Assembly (NCBI GenBank): GCA_019057815.1
Contig: JAHLWR010000010.1
Location: 73,732 to 137,731 of the forward strand
DNA length: 64,000 bases
Direction: 5' to 3'
Origin: Candidatus Heimdallarchaeota archaeon
GTDB taxonomy: Archaea > Asgardarchaeota > Heimdallarchaeia > Heimdallarchaeales > Heimdallarchaeaceae
The stretch's first letter is position 1, and each line of letters opens with the position of its first letter. The notes beneath the pieces were generated by a model. The model saw only the letters and a list, made by a program, of their open reading frames with translations, had not been told where the DNA came from and ran no database searches. A program made the position numbers and the translations under genes. Positions 31,317 to 40,878 of the stretch are shown one piece after another.

Positions 31317-32729
31317 CATGATGTCTATTTGTCTTCTTGTCCTCTTGGACAAAGCTAGGTGCATGGTGTGTTTAGAGGTCATCAGGTAGAACGAAGATAT
31401 TCTATACTCACTCTATGTGGATACATCACGTATCCTCCTACCCCGTTCACCGTGCGTTTAGGCAAGGCTTTCGGATCGCTTTTTGTCAGAATATTGTAGG
31501 CAGCATTAATGTCAGCATTGATCAGATGACCAGCAGCAGAACGGAACAACCCTCGATGGATTCTCTTCCCATTATATTTTCTTCGCTTTTTAGGAAATTC
31601 ATTATCAAGGAAACTACTCTTGGAAGTGTATTGTTCAGGAATAGTCTCCACCTTTATCCCTCGCTCAGCTCCTTTATATCTTAGAATCTCAATGATTTTC
31701 AGGAAGGGGATGGTGACGAACATCTGGGTGGTTTTTTTCCAAAAATGCATTCCTTGTTTCCACAACGGGTTGTAGCCTATCACCACTTCATGGAGCCCTC
31801 GTTCGACCCATAAGTCAACCAGATACTTGGTTAATTTGTGAATAGCATAGTTTAGCTTTCTTCTCCACGTCTCCTTAAGTTTGTAGTAAGCTGGGCCATA
31901 CTTCAGACGATTATTAGATTGTATTTGTGCTCGCTGTTGCTGAGCATATTGGATCTGTAATTGTTTCTGTTTTTTCAAATAATATTGCGTTATGGATTTT
32001 ATCCCTTTCCCTGCATCTTTGATAACAATCGGTTGACCTCCGAGGTTATCCACGAAAGCGGCAAGGTTGTCCATCCCTAAATCTACTGCTCCTTTTCTGA
32101 TTATTTTCTTCCTGAGATTGGGGATGCTCTTCAGATAAACAAGTTCAAGGGTATACCCTACTCTTCTAGGAATAACTCTTACTTCTCTTAGCTCTGTTTG
32201 AGCATTCAACCGTGTCTTGTAGGTATACTTCACTTTCTTCGGTAATACTAACCATCCATTAATTATCTTCGCCTGTTGATTAGTGAAGATGGCTACTACT
32301 TCCCCATCCTTCTTTTTGTAGTAAGGTGGTTTAGGCATGGCAAAGAATAGATTAGGGTTCTTCTTCCACTCTTTTTTAGCTCGGAAAAAGCTCTTCCAAC
32401 ATCTAGAAAGAATTTTGAGTGTTTGTTGGGCAACATGAGCTGGAAGGACTCTGTAACACTCCTCCTGTTTCAACTGTTTGTCAAGATCGTAGTAAAAGAG
32501 AAGTTTGCTTGTTTGCTTCAAAGAGGTTCTTATCAGAAAATTCGCTCGATTATAGAGATTTTTAGCTTGATGACAGATTCTGCTCAGTGCTGGATGATAC
32601 TCCACTTCTATACGCTCTGCACGCAGTACCTTTGCCATCCATAGTTTACCCAGAGTTCACTATAAAAACACCCGTACTATCTCTAAAATGTTACTAGATT
32701 TACAACTTAATAAGACAAAAAGACAAAAG
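31317..32729 (-). mobile_element. IS200/IS605-family TnpB-only element (copy 1)
   Basis: Ends homologous to the element at 60990-62421. The left end begins atg(c/g)(t/g)ttttgtct and the right end finishes catcatg. Preceded by TTATG. Confidence 0.6.
31382..32638 (-). CDS. tnpB: TnpB-like RNA-guided endonuclease (OrfB), zinc-finger-less variant
   Basis: 418 aa. RuvC-I AVDLGMDNL and RuvC-III LINADINAAYNIL are present, but the CxxC...CxxC between them is absent (TSKSSFLD). Confidence 0.85.
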   Translation of the reverse strand: MAKVLRAERIEVEYHPALSRICHQAKNLYNRANFLIRTSLKQTSKLLFYYDLDKQLKQEECYRVLPAHVAQQTLKILSRCWKSFFRAKKEWKKNPNLFFAMPKPPYYKKKDGEVVAIFTNQQAKIINGWLVLPKKVKYTYKTRLNAQTELREVRVIPRRVGYTLELVYLKSIPNLRKKIIRKGAVDLGMDNLAAFVDNLGGQPIVIKDAGKGIKSITQYYLKKQKQLQIQYAQQQRAQIQSNNRLKYGPAYYKLKETWRRKLNYAIHKLTKYLVDLWVERGLHEVVIGYNPLWKQGMHFWKKTTQMFVTIPFLKIIEILRYKGAERGIKVETIPEQYTSKSSFLDNEFPKKRRKYNGKRIHRGLFRSAAGHLINADINAAYNILTKSDPKALPKRTVNGVGGYVMYPHRVSIEYLRST

Positions 32730-32778
32730 CATATTCATAATTAAAATAAAAAGAGAAAAAGAGAAAAAAACATTTTTT

Positions 32779-33786
32779 CTATCTCTTAATTTTATATGAT
32801 TTATTCCTGAATATTACCATTGTTACTCCAGTGATAGCAGTCACAAGAATAAGTAGTTTAATATTAGCAGAGAATTCTGAAATAACTTCTATTATTGTTA
32901 TATTGAATGTTGCTGAACAATTATATCCATACGGATCATATGCTCTTATTTCTATCCAATACTCTCCTGTTTCTAGTGTTTTAGCGTTGCTTATTCTCCC
33001 TTCGCTATCTATGTTGAAGTTTACTGTATCGTTTATCCACCATGAACTAATTCCTGATATATCTGAAGCATTCACATCGTAGACAAAATCTACTCCTGCT
33101 GTAAATATTTGATTAGTTGGCGTTTCATCCCATTCGGGTGTTGTTACCTCTGTAGTAAATGTCCACGTTTGAGATTTGGTTGTGTTGACACCATCAGTGA
33201 CAATTGTATACCAAGTGTAAGTCCCGTTTTCTGCTAGTCCAGACCACACTGCTAAAGCTGTATCATTACTACTGAGATTCAATTCTATAGCTATCAAGCT
33301 GTCATCTGAAGCATTGTAAAACCAAACATCTAGTGTATCTCCATCTACATCGTAAACATCAACAGATAATATTACAGGTAAATGCACATTAGCTAATTGA
33401 TCTGCTGGCGAGGGATTCGTTGGTTCAGAGGGAGCATTGTTAGTTATGAAAGTCCATGTATCAGATTCTCTAATCACTTGTCCATCTCCAACAATGACAT
33501 ACCAACTGTAAGTTTTATTCATAACGAGTCCAGACCAAACCATTGAAGCTGTTTCATTGCTTTCAACATCCAAGTCTACACCTATCAAGCTATCATCTGT
33601 AGCGTTGTAGAAAGCTACGGATAGTGAATCATTATCTGGATCTGAAACGTATACACTCAATGTACAATTTATATCCACACCTTTCTGTAAATCAGCTGGA
33701 GAGTGAATAGTTATCTCATCAGGTTGTTCTGATCCCCAGTAATTTAATTGAGGGTCACCATAAAGGTTGAAATCCATCTTATTCAT
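32779..33786 (-). CDS. cell-surface repeat-domain protein
   Basis: 335 aa. Signal peptide, two homologous ~100-aa Ig/FN3-like modules, C-terminal TM. Confidence 0.6.
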   Translation of the reverse strand: MNKMDFNLYGDPQLNYWGSEQPDEITIHSPADLQKGVDINCTLSVYVSDPDNDSLSVAFYNATDDSLIGVDLDVESNETASMVWSGLVMNKTYSWYVIVGDGQVIRESDTWTFITNNAPSEPTNPSPADQLANVHLPVILSVDVYDVDGDTLDVWFYNASDDSLIAIELNLSSNDTALAVWSGLAENGTYTWYTIVTDGVNTTKSQTWTFTTEVTTPEWDETPTNQIFTAGVDFVYDVNASDISGISSWWINDTVNFNIDSEGRISNAKTLETGEYWIEIRAYDPYGYNCSATFNITIIEVISEFSANIKLLILVTAITGVTMVIFRNKSYKIKR

Positions 33787-35763
33787 TCAACTTCCAGGCT
33801 GTGTTCCATCGCCTCCTGACATTTTAGCCATAAAGAGCGCTTTTCCAGCTGATAATTTATTTTCTAATAAGTTCTCCATGTAGTAATAACCTATACCTGT
33901 GTTATCAGCATAAACTGACCAATATGTTGAATGACCCCATGTACCTGTTAAATACCAACTGACTCTCGATGCGGAAACTGTACTTATTGCTGCTCCTCGC
34001 TTCAACATAGCGTAACCTAGATTGTTTGGGTTTTCAGGATAACCATTATAACATGAAGATTGGTAGACAAAAGAGGGTTGATCTGTTTCCAGAAGAGACA
34101 TATTATCAGAATGGAGAAATGTTTCCCATGCCATTTCGTCCCAATCAGGGTAACCTGGCCAAGCTCCAGCAACATCATTTTCCCAGTACTTTCTGTAGAC
34201 ACCTTCATCACTTCCATGGCCCCACCAGAAAACTGCTCCATAACCATTGTTAAATTCTGTAATGAAATTGGTTTCAGTTAGAGGGAGATCATAGTGAAAA
34301 GCTGTATCTGGGACAGGATCTATACCTGAGCGTTCATACATCACAGTATCTTCCATCCCTGCAGAAAGAAGAATATAGTTGTAAAAATCTTGAGGACAGT
34401 TTAATCCATCTGTTCTAAGCAAGTCTAGATCATGATCTTCTTCAGCATAGTTAGATATTGCTATTGCTTCTAGAATGTTATTCTTTTCGTCTCCCGCAAC
34501 TATATGATGATTCATAATACTTTCCAAAATATTATCTAAGGTTGTATAATCTTCATTATAAACAGGTATTCTTCCAACAAACACTTCAGGATAGAAATCC
34601 ACTCCTGGATCATCTGCATGTTCTCCATAATAACCATCACCATCTGAATCCCAATTACCTGTCAAATCTGCATAGAAATAATCAGTAGCAGAATTTCTGT
34701 AGTCAGAAGCAGGATATCTTGGCCAACACATTAACATAGGAATGTCACCAAATGGATCAGCGGCAATAGTTTCGTCATCAGGGTTAGGGTTGCCTACTAA
34801 GAGAACGTACTCAATAGAATCAGTCACATAATGATTCTGTAACCAAGTACGGATATTTAACGCTCGCTGTTTACCTTCTGCTATACCAAAATCGTCTTCA
34901 GTGATAACACATACGTTAAATCCTAATGCTTGTTTATATCTTACAAAATCGTCAAGAGTAGAACTATTGGATTGAATATCGTTAGTTGTTATAATAACAT
35001 AAGTGTGATCAGGTATTTCAGAAAATTTAGGTTTGTATAAAGGTAAGAGTTCTTCTAAGTTATCAATATCGCTTCCTAGTTTGGTTAGAAAATCATATGT
35101 AAGAGGATCGAGATCCTTTTTCTCAGTCCTTTCCCAGTTAATAGAAATTTTCACGTTTTCGTGCTCATAGACTGTGTTTTGCACAGAATTGAATTGAAGA
35201 GGGTAATAGCTAAATTCCAATAAGTTAGCATCTCTAAGTCTACTAGTTTTCAGGGAGTTAACGATGTTGTTAGGCCACAATTCATCATTTGCATAAACAT
35301 AACTAAAATCATCCTCATTAGAGATGTAAATCTCATTTTCTAGTAATGCTACAGGAAATGGAGCTGGAGTACAATAGAAAGAACCTTCTAGTTGAACAGT
35401 TTGTTCTTCAATAATTTCAATTGAGACAGTATCAGGATCCACATTAGGTGGAAGTAGAATCTGAAAGTATTGAACAGGTAATTGAGGAGCTCCGGGGATA
35501 CTGCTTAGACTCCACTCGGAAAGAGTATTATCGTTTTTTTGAATCTCGTCATCAGAAAAAGATGGCAGGTTCATAACTATCTTATCAACCTCAAAAGATC
35601 TTTCTTGTAATGTTCCATCGAAAATAGTACCATTCTCACCATTAACTTCAATATTTGATTCCCATGAAATTTGACCAATTGAGTTAGATGTAAAAACAAA
35701 TAAGAGATTTGAGAAAAACAACATTCCTAGAGTAATTATCAGAATTTGTTTTCTAAATATCAT
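33787..35763 (-). CDS. secreted peptidase, C25 (gingipain)-like cysteine protease family (tentative)
   Basis: VLLVGNPNPDDETIAADPFGDIP ... FYADLTGNWDSDGDGYYGE ... VFVGRIPVYN ... QSSCYNG matches my recollection of the C25 propeptide/catalytic layout. The start is placed at an internal Met with a signal peptide. The tracked ORF runs to 35853. Confidence 0.45.
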   Translation of the reverse strand: MIFRKQILIITLGMLFFSNLLFVFTSNSIGQISWESNIEVNGENGTIFDGTLQERSFEVDKIVMNLPSFSDDEIQKNDNTLSEWSLSSIPGAPQLPVQYFQILLPPNVDPDTVSIEIIEEQTVQLEGSFYCTPAPFPVALLENEIYISNEDDFSYVYANDELWPNNIVNSLKTSRLRDANLLEFSYYPLQFNSVQNTVYEHENVKISINWERTEKKDLDPLTYDFLTKLGSDIDNLEELLPLYKPKFSEIPDHTYVIITTNDIQSNSSTLDDFVRYKQALGFNVCVITEDDFGIAEGKQRALNIRTWLQNHYVTDSIEYVLLVGNPNPDDETIAADPFGDIPMLMCWPRYPASDYRNSATDYFYADLTGNWDSDGDGYYGEHADDPGVDFYPEVFVGRIPVYNEDYTTLDNILESIMNHHIVAGDEKNNILEAIAISNYAEEDHDLDLLRTDGLNCPQDFYNYILLSAGMEDTVMYERSGIDPVPDTAFHYDLPLTETNFITEFNNGYGAVFWWGHGSDEGVYRKYWENDVAGAWPGYPDWDEMAWETFLHSDNMSLLETDQPSFVYQSSCYNGYPENPNNLGYAMLKRGAAISTVSASRVSWYLTGTWGHSTYWSVYADNTGIGYYYMENLLENKLSAGKALFMAKMSGGDGTQPGS

Positions 35764-35968
35764 AATATTATTCTTTTTTATCATTGTAAAACAATCTAAT
35801 ATTTTAGTACTCACTAGTCTGAAATAAACTTTGTCTATTGCTGAAAGAATCATTTAAATGAAAAATGATTAGAGATTTGAAAAAATACAGTTAAAAAATC
35901 ATGAAGGAAATACTGAAATAGGAAAAAAAGTAAAAAGAGATATATAGAATCATGAGTATAAATTTTCT

Positions 35969-36706
35969 ATGTCAGAAACCTATTCTAATATCCTTGATGG
36001 AATTGATACAATAATAAAAAATATTCAAGCGTTTCTAAAAGAAAAAGAGAGTCCTCCAGAAACTAGAGCAAGAATCACTCATTATTTATCCACGATTTGG
36101 TTTGGTGAAGATGCTTCAATTAGATTGTTATATAGAGGAGAAGAAAGAACTATTGGAAGTATGGCTCAGGAGTTTCATAAAGGCGATTTACAGAAAATTT
36201 TAGATGATTGTCATAAAAACTGGGATAGCCCAGCATTAGGTTTTCAATGGCTAGACGCCCCTCCAAAAAATTGGGATAAAAGGAAGGCTATTTATAAATT
36301 CTATAATTACACAGTTTTAGCATTCGATTTGGCCATCAATTCAAGGTATACAGATGATATTAAAAAAGGAGTTTTAAATATATTTCTCAGGCTCACAAAT
36401 TATAATGATAGAGCAAGGGTTCTAATTCGAGACTTAGTAGATTATCCTACAGCAAAGTACTTAATTAAAATAATGAATATTCATTCTGATGGCATTGATA
36501 TAAATCCTAATGATGAATATTCTTTAATTGAAGCATGGTCAACAGTAATCGAAGGAATACTATTCACATTATTGAACATGGACATTGAATTTCCAGCTCC
36601 TTATTATCCTGGATTGGGAGTATTAGAAAAAAAAGACACACTTTATCAAGCTCTGACAAAATTAGAAGAGTCTTTCTCTCCGGTTATAGAAGGGAAAAAA
36701 GGCTAG
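35969..36706 (+). CDS. hypothetical protein
   Basis: 245 aa with no motifs recognised. Confidence 0.45.
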   Translation: MSETYSNILDGIDTIIKNIQAFLKEKESPPETRARITHYLSTIWFGEDASIRLLYRGEERTIGSMAQEFHKGDLQKILDDCHKNWDSPALGFQWLDAPPKNWDKRKAIYKFYNYTVLAFDLAINSRYTDDIKKGVLNIFLRLTNYNDRARVLIRDLVDYPTAKYLIKIMNIHSDGIDINPNDEYSLIEAWSTVIEGILFTLLNMDIEFPAPYYPGLGVLEKKDTLYQALTKLEESFSPVIEGKKG

Positions 36707-36764
36707 TGGTCAAGTCTTTTCTACGAATCAAGAAACTCCTTCCTTTAGGTAGGAGTAGTTCATA
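36704..36764 (+). repeat. orphan copy of IS right-end / TnpB 3' hairpin segment
   Basis: tagtggtcaagtcttttctacgaatcaagaaactccttcctttaggtaggagtagttcat is about 90% identical to the reverse complement of 46029-46088 (the 3' end of tnpB 46037-47257). Includes the cc(t)acc-ttta-ggtagg hairpin. Confidence 0.6.
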
Positions 36765-36915
36765 TGAACATGCAAACAAAGAATCACCCAAGCAAGGTGT
36801 CAATAATAATCATTTTGTAGCATATTGAAAGGATAAATGAAGTAAGAAAATTAACTAATATTTTTTAATACCGAATTTCTTAAAATTGTTAACCTTGTAT
36901 ACTTAATCGATAGAA

Positions 36916-37563
36916 ATGAACACTTTGAAGATAACTATTGTTTATGATAACACTTCTTTTCAATCAAACCTAAAAGCTAATTGGGGTTTTTCTTGTTTCA
37001 TAGAATTCAACGATTTTAATATTCTTTTTGACACTGGAACAAAAGGTCAAATCCTTCTAAACAACATGAGAGAACTCAATATCGATCCTTCCATTATCGA
37101 TTTCGTTTTCATCTCTCACAGTCATCACGATCATGTGGGGGGACTCAAGGATTTACTCAAATATAACGATCAAGCTAAAATCTATGTTCCCTCTACTCTA
37201 CGATTGAATCAATATACAGATAGAGTGATTATAGTAAAAGAATCATTGCAAATTGCTAAAAATATTTTCTCTACTGGAACTTTAAAACAAATTGAACAAT
37301 CGATGATAATTCAAACAACCAAGGGTCTTGTTATTATAGCAGGATGTTCACATCCTGGAGTTAGAGCTATCTTAGAAAAAAGTTCAGAATTTGGTGAACC
37401 ATATGCGCTTATCGGAGGTTTGCATGGATTCAACGAATTTCATTTGGTAGAGAAACTAAGAATTGTTTGTCCCACTCATTGTACAAAATATATTTCTGCT
37501 CTAAAACAAGAGTTTCCAGAGAAGTATGTTCAAGGTGGCGTTGGTGAAATAATCGAACTTTGA
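36916..37563 (+). CDS. small MBL-fold metallo-hydrolase
   Basis: FISHSHHDHVGG. Confidence 0.75.
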   Translation: MNTLKITIVYDNTSFQSNLKANWGFSCFIEFNDFNILFDTGTKGQILLNNMRELNIDPSIIDFVFISHSHHDHVGGLKDLLKYNDQAKIYVPSTLRLNQYTDRVIIVKESLQIAKNIFSTGTLKQIEQSMIIQTTKGLVIIAGCSHPGVRAILEKSSEFGEPYALIGGLHGFNEFHLVEKLRIVCPTHCTKYISALKQEFPEKYVQGGVGEIIEL

Positions 37564-37599
37564 AATATCTCTACTTCTCATCTATCACTTATACCATTA

Positions 37600-39050
37600 A
37601 ACTGTTCTGAATTCTGGAGGGTGGCAACTGTTCACTCAAATATAGACAACCCTAGACAAAACTAGACGAGGACAACAGGATGGAGGGGGTAATACGCCGG
37701 TTTTTATAGAGAAAACGAGGGTGTACGGGTAAGAGTATGGGGAGTATACTTCCATATGCGCACACGAGCATTCAAATACGAGTTGCGGTTGAACAATGCC
37801 CAACGGACGAGTGTAGAGAAACACGCAGGAGCAGCTCGATTTGCATGGAATTGGGGATTAGCGGAGAGGAAACAGCGGTACAAAGAACGAGAAAGAAAGG
37901 ACAGATATACTTCTGCGATGCAACAGCATAGGGAACTCAACAATCTGAAGAAAACAGACTTTCCCTGGATGTATGAGGTGTCCAAGTGTGCACCGCAAGA
38001 AGCATTACGGGATTTAGAACAAGCATACAAGAACTTCCTGACAGGAGTAAAAGCTGGACGGAAGGTAGGCTTCCCCAAATTTAAGAAAAAGGGGAAGTGT
38101 CAGGACAGTTTTAGACTCACGGGAACGATTAAGGTCTTTCCTGACAGTCGGCAGGTTCAACTCCCCCGATTAGGGAAATTGAAATTAAAAGAGCGACCAC
38201 GACTACCTACAAACACACACATTCTCTCTGTGACAGTCAAGCGGGAGGTTGCTGACCGCTGGTTCGTCAGTTTGACCGTCAAGGTTCCGACAACTCCTCC
38301 CCCCACAAATCATCATCGTAAACCAACTGTCGGGGTCGACCTTGGACTGAACCAGTTTGCCGTCCTCTCAGATGGGAGGACCTTCCACCACTCCAAACCA
38401 CTCTCGACGTTGTTACGGAAGTATCAACGGTTGTCGAAAGCACTCTCACGGAAGAAACGTGGGTCAGCGAATTGGCATAAAGCGAAAACCAAGCTAGCCA
38501 CGCTCCACTATCGAATCAGGTGCAGTCGACTCGACCAGTTACATAAAATAACAACGACCTTAGCACGTGAGTATGGCCAGGTCACCATCGAAGATTTGTA
38601 TGTCAAAGGGATGATCCGTAATAAACGATTAGCTCGGACATTGTCAGATGTCAGTTTTGGGACGTTTCAGCGGTTGTTAAAGTATAAATGTCAGTGGTCA
38701 GGGACAATGGTTATACCCGCTGACCGCTGGTTTCCCTCCTCTAAACGGTGTTCGAGCTGTGGGTCTATTCATCAAGAGCTACAATTGAGTGACCGACAGT
38801 TCCTTTGCCCTTCCTGTGGTTTACTCCTTGACCGCGACCTGAACGCCTCCTACAATTTGCTCGATTATCTGTGGATTACTGTCACTGTCGCCGAGAGTTC
38901 CTCGGAGACGTTAAACGCTTGTGGAGCTGCGGTAAGACCGTTTGAGTCCCCACCCTCCCCTCTGGATGGTCGGGAGACGATGATTGCGGCACGTCCTATG
39001 AAGCAGGAACTGAGCACAAACTAGATACATCTTACTATTTGTCTAGATTT
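37600..39050 (+). mobile_element. TnpB-only IS element with GC ~50% (foreign composition)
   Basis: GC rises sharply between about 37615 and 39030. Imperfect inverted ctagacaaa motifs near both ends. Confidence 0.5.
37756..39024 (+). CDS. tnpB: TnpB RNA-guided endonuclease (zinc-finger type)
   Basis: 422 aa. N-terminus ...FKYELRLNNAQ. CSSCGSIHQ...CPSCGLLLDRDLNASYNL combines a zinc finger with RuvC-III. Confidence 0.85.
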   Translation: MRTRAFKYELRLNNAQRTSVEKHAGAARFAWNWGLAERKQRYKERERKDRYTSAMQQHRELNNLKKTDFPWMYEVSKCAPQEALRDLEQAYKNFLTGVKAGRKVGFPKFKKKGKCQDSFRLTGTIKVFPDSRQVQLPRLGKLKLKERPRLPTNTHILSVTVKREVADRWFVSLTVKVPTTPPPTNHHRKPTVGVDLGLNQFAVLSDGRTFHHSKPLSTLLRKYQRLSKALSRKKRGSANWHKAKTKLATLHYRIRCSRLDQLHKITTTLAREYGQVTIEDLYVKGMIRNKRLARTLSDVSFGTFQRLLKYKCQWSGTMVIPADRWFPSSKRCSSCGSIHQELQLSDRQFLCPSCGLLLDRDLNASYNLLDYLWITVTVAESSSETLNACGAAVRPFESPPSPLDGRETMIAARPMKQELSTN

Positions 39051-39697
39051 GGATAAGTCTTAGAGAACGGTATTCCCAAACCTGTTAAAACAAAACCTTC
39101 AGATATTAATCCCATTTTTGCTAGTTCCTCGATAACAAATGGAATCACTAGTATCGCTAACTCTTCATGACCCACTTTCTGTATTTCTTCAATTGTATAT
39201 TGTGAAACTGTCTCCCTCAAAATTCCCCTAAGAATATCATTGATTTTCTTTTTAACTTCTATACTTTTTACAATGGCTGTTTCTTTGACTATATTTAAAC
39301 TAAATACTTCTGGGGCGGAAATCGATAAAGAAAGTGCTCCTGACGCACCTACTTTGACGTTATCTAAAGTTAAGACTCCTTGTTGTTGAGGTATCCCCCA
39401 TTTGATATCAAAATCTTGCTTTGTTAGATAAACAATTTTGAGATTCTCAGCTCCACCTTTCTTATCTAAATTGTATACACCGTTAGTTAATGTTCTAACT
39501 ATCTGTTCATTTTCGTAAACTACAGCTTGTTCTGTACTTTTTACTGATATTTGATTGAATTTTCTTAGTTCTACTCTCTTCTCTCCTTTTTCAAGCGCAT
39601 GGGGGAACACCCAAGCTACTTCTTCCCCTTGTTTTTCGCTTTTTATCGCTATTTTTTCTTTGTATTCTTCATTTTGAATTTTTTTAATGTAAGCCAT
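39035..39697 (-). CDS. hypothetical protein, last gene of UFM1-like cassette
   Basis: 220 aa with no Cys. Same strand and spacing as the upstream genes. Confidence 0.45.
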   Translation of the reverse strand: MAYIKKIQNEEYKEKIAIKSEKQGEEVAWVFPHALEKGEKRVELRKFNQISVKSTEQAVVYENEQIVRTLTNGVYNLDKKGGAENLKIVYLTKQDFDIKWGIPQQQGVLTLDNVKVGASGALSLSISAPEVFSLNIVKETAIVKSIEVKKKINDILRGILRETVSQYTIEEIQKVGHEELAILVIPFVIEELAKMGLISEGFVLTGLGIPFSKTYPNLDK

Positions 39698-39718
39698 TTA
39701 ATCACCAAATTTCTAGAT

Positions 39719-40753
39719 CTATACTTTCTCCTCTATTCCTGGGAAGTAAACTCTTGTTCCAGTAGTATAATCTGAATCAATTATAGCTAGACCGCTGTCT
39801 TCGAGTTTTTTAAGAATGCGCTGAATATTATCAATTGGTAAACTACAAGATTCAAGTATTTCCTCTTGAGTTGTATACCCTCTCTGTTTTGCTAATTGAA
39901 TGATATCTTTTTGGAAGCTGGTATCATCAGCGAGTAAAATCGTTAATGGAGTGTCTTGAGATTTGTCAATTATCCCTATTACACCTGATTTATGTAGTTC
40001 TTTAGATATCTTTTCTAAATCCCTTAGTTCCCATTCAACAGATGGATAACGATTCTTAAACAAATCTGAAAATTCTGTGAAGGGTATTGTTCTTCTATCT
40101 TTTTCTAAAAGAGATAAACATGTAGAATGAAAGTGTCTTTTCAGTTGTTTATAATATTCTTTCTTTCCACCTCGCAAAGGTTTGGCTAATTGATCATATT
40201 CATGGATTATACCTATAGATTCAAGATAAGCTATATCTCCTTTATATTCTGTTAATAATCCTGTAAAAAACTCTTTAGAGGGGGCTAAAGCTTGAACCAT
40301 TTTTCGAAGATCAACCATTTTCGCTAGTTTTTCTATTGAAGAATGGATTAATAATAATAAATTATTGAACAGATCCTTCTGATAATCAATCAACACTAAT
40401 TTGTCCAATTTTCTTAAACCATCAGATAAATCTAGAAATCTATCCAACAGAAGAAAATCTAAAACTATCGTTGTTTCATGATGTAAAGTAAGGTTCTGGG
40501 AAGTTGTGCTTTCACTTGTAAAAGAGCTTGAAAGAATAATGTCAAAATTTGTTTTTATCTTATCTAGACTGTTTTTAACTCTCAAAAGTTTCTTCTTTTC
40601 CTCCATTTGAAGGCTTTTCATCAATGTGAGTGTATATGTTCTTACATCTGATATCTGAGATGCAATCTCTGAATGAATTTTTGTTTCATAATTCGAAAAT
40701 TCGCTGATAGATGGTGGAAATTTCAGGAAATCCATAATGATATTACTAGTCAT
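39719..40753 (-). CDS. multi-winged-helix protein (UFL1/DDRGK1-like scaffold candidate)
   Basis: 344 aa. Two or more WH-like segments (ISKELHKSGVIGIIDKSQDTPLTIL and GYTTQEEILESCSLPIDNIQRILKKLEDSGLAIID). Confidence 0.45.
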   Translation of the reverse strand: MTSNIIMDFLKFPPSISEFSNYETKIHSEIASQISDVRTYTLTLMKSLQMEEKKKLLRVKNSLDKIKTNFDIILSSSFTSESTTSQNLTLHHETTIVLDFLLLDRFLDLSDGLRKLDKLVLIDYQKDLFNNLLLLIHSSIEKLAKMVDLRKMVQALAPSKEFFTGLLTEYKGDIAYLESIGIIHEYDQLAKPLRGGKKEYYKQLKRHFHSTCLSLLEKDRRTIPFTEFSDLFKNRYPSVEWELRDLEKISKELHKSGVIGIIDKSQDTPLTILLADDTSFQKDIIQLAKQRGYTTQEEILESCSLPIDNIQRILKKLEDSGLAIIDSDYTTGTRVYFPGIEEKV

Positions 40754-40878
40754 TTTTACTCCTTCTTATATTATTAGAGGTTCAACAAATTAAGTTTTAT
40801 GCATGAAATATGATATTGAAAGAAGGTTATCGCTATTGCTTCGAAGAAAAAAGAACAATGGCTTCTTACTCACTGTAT

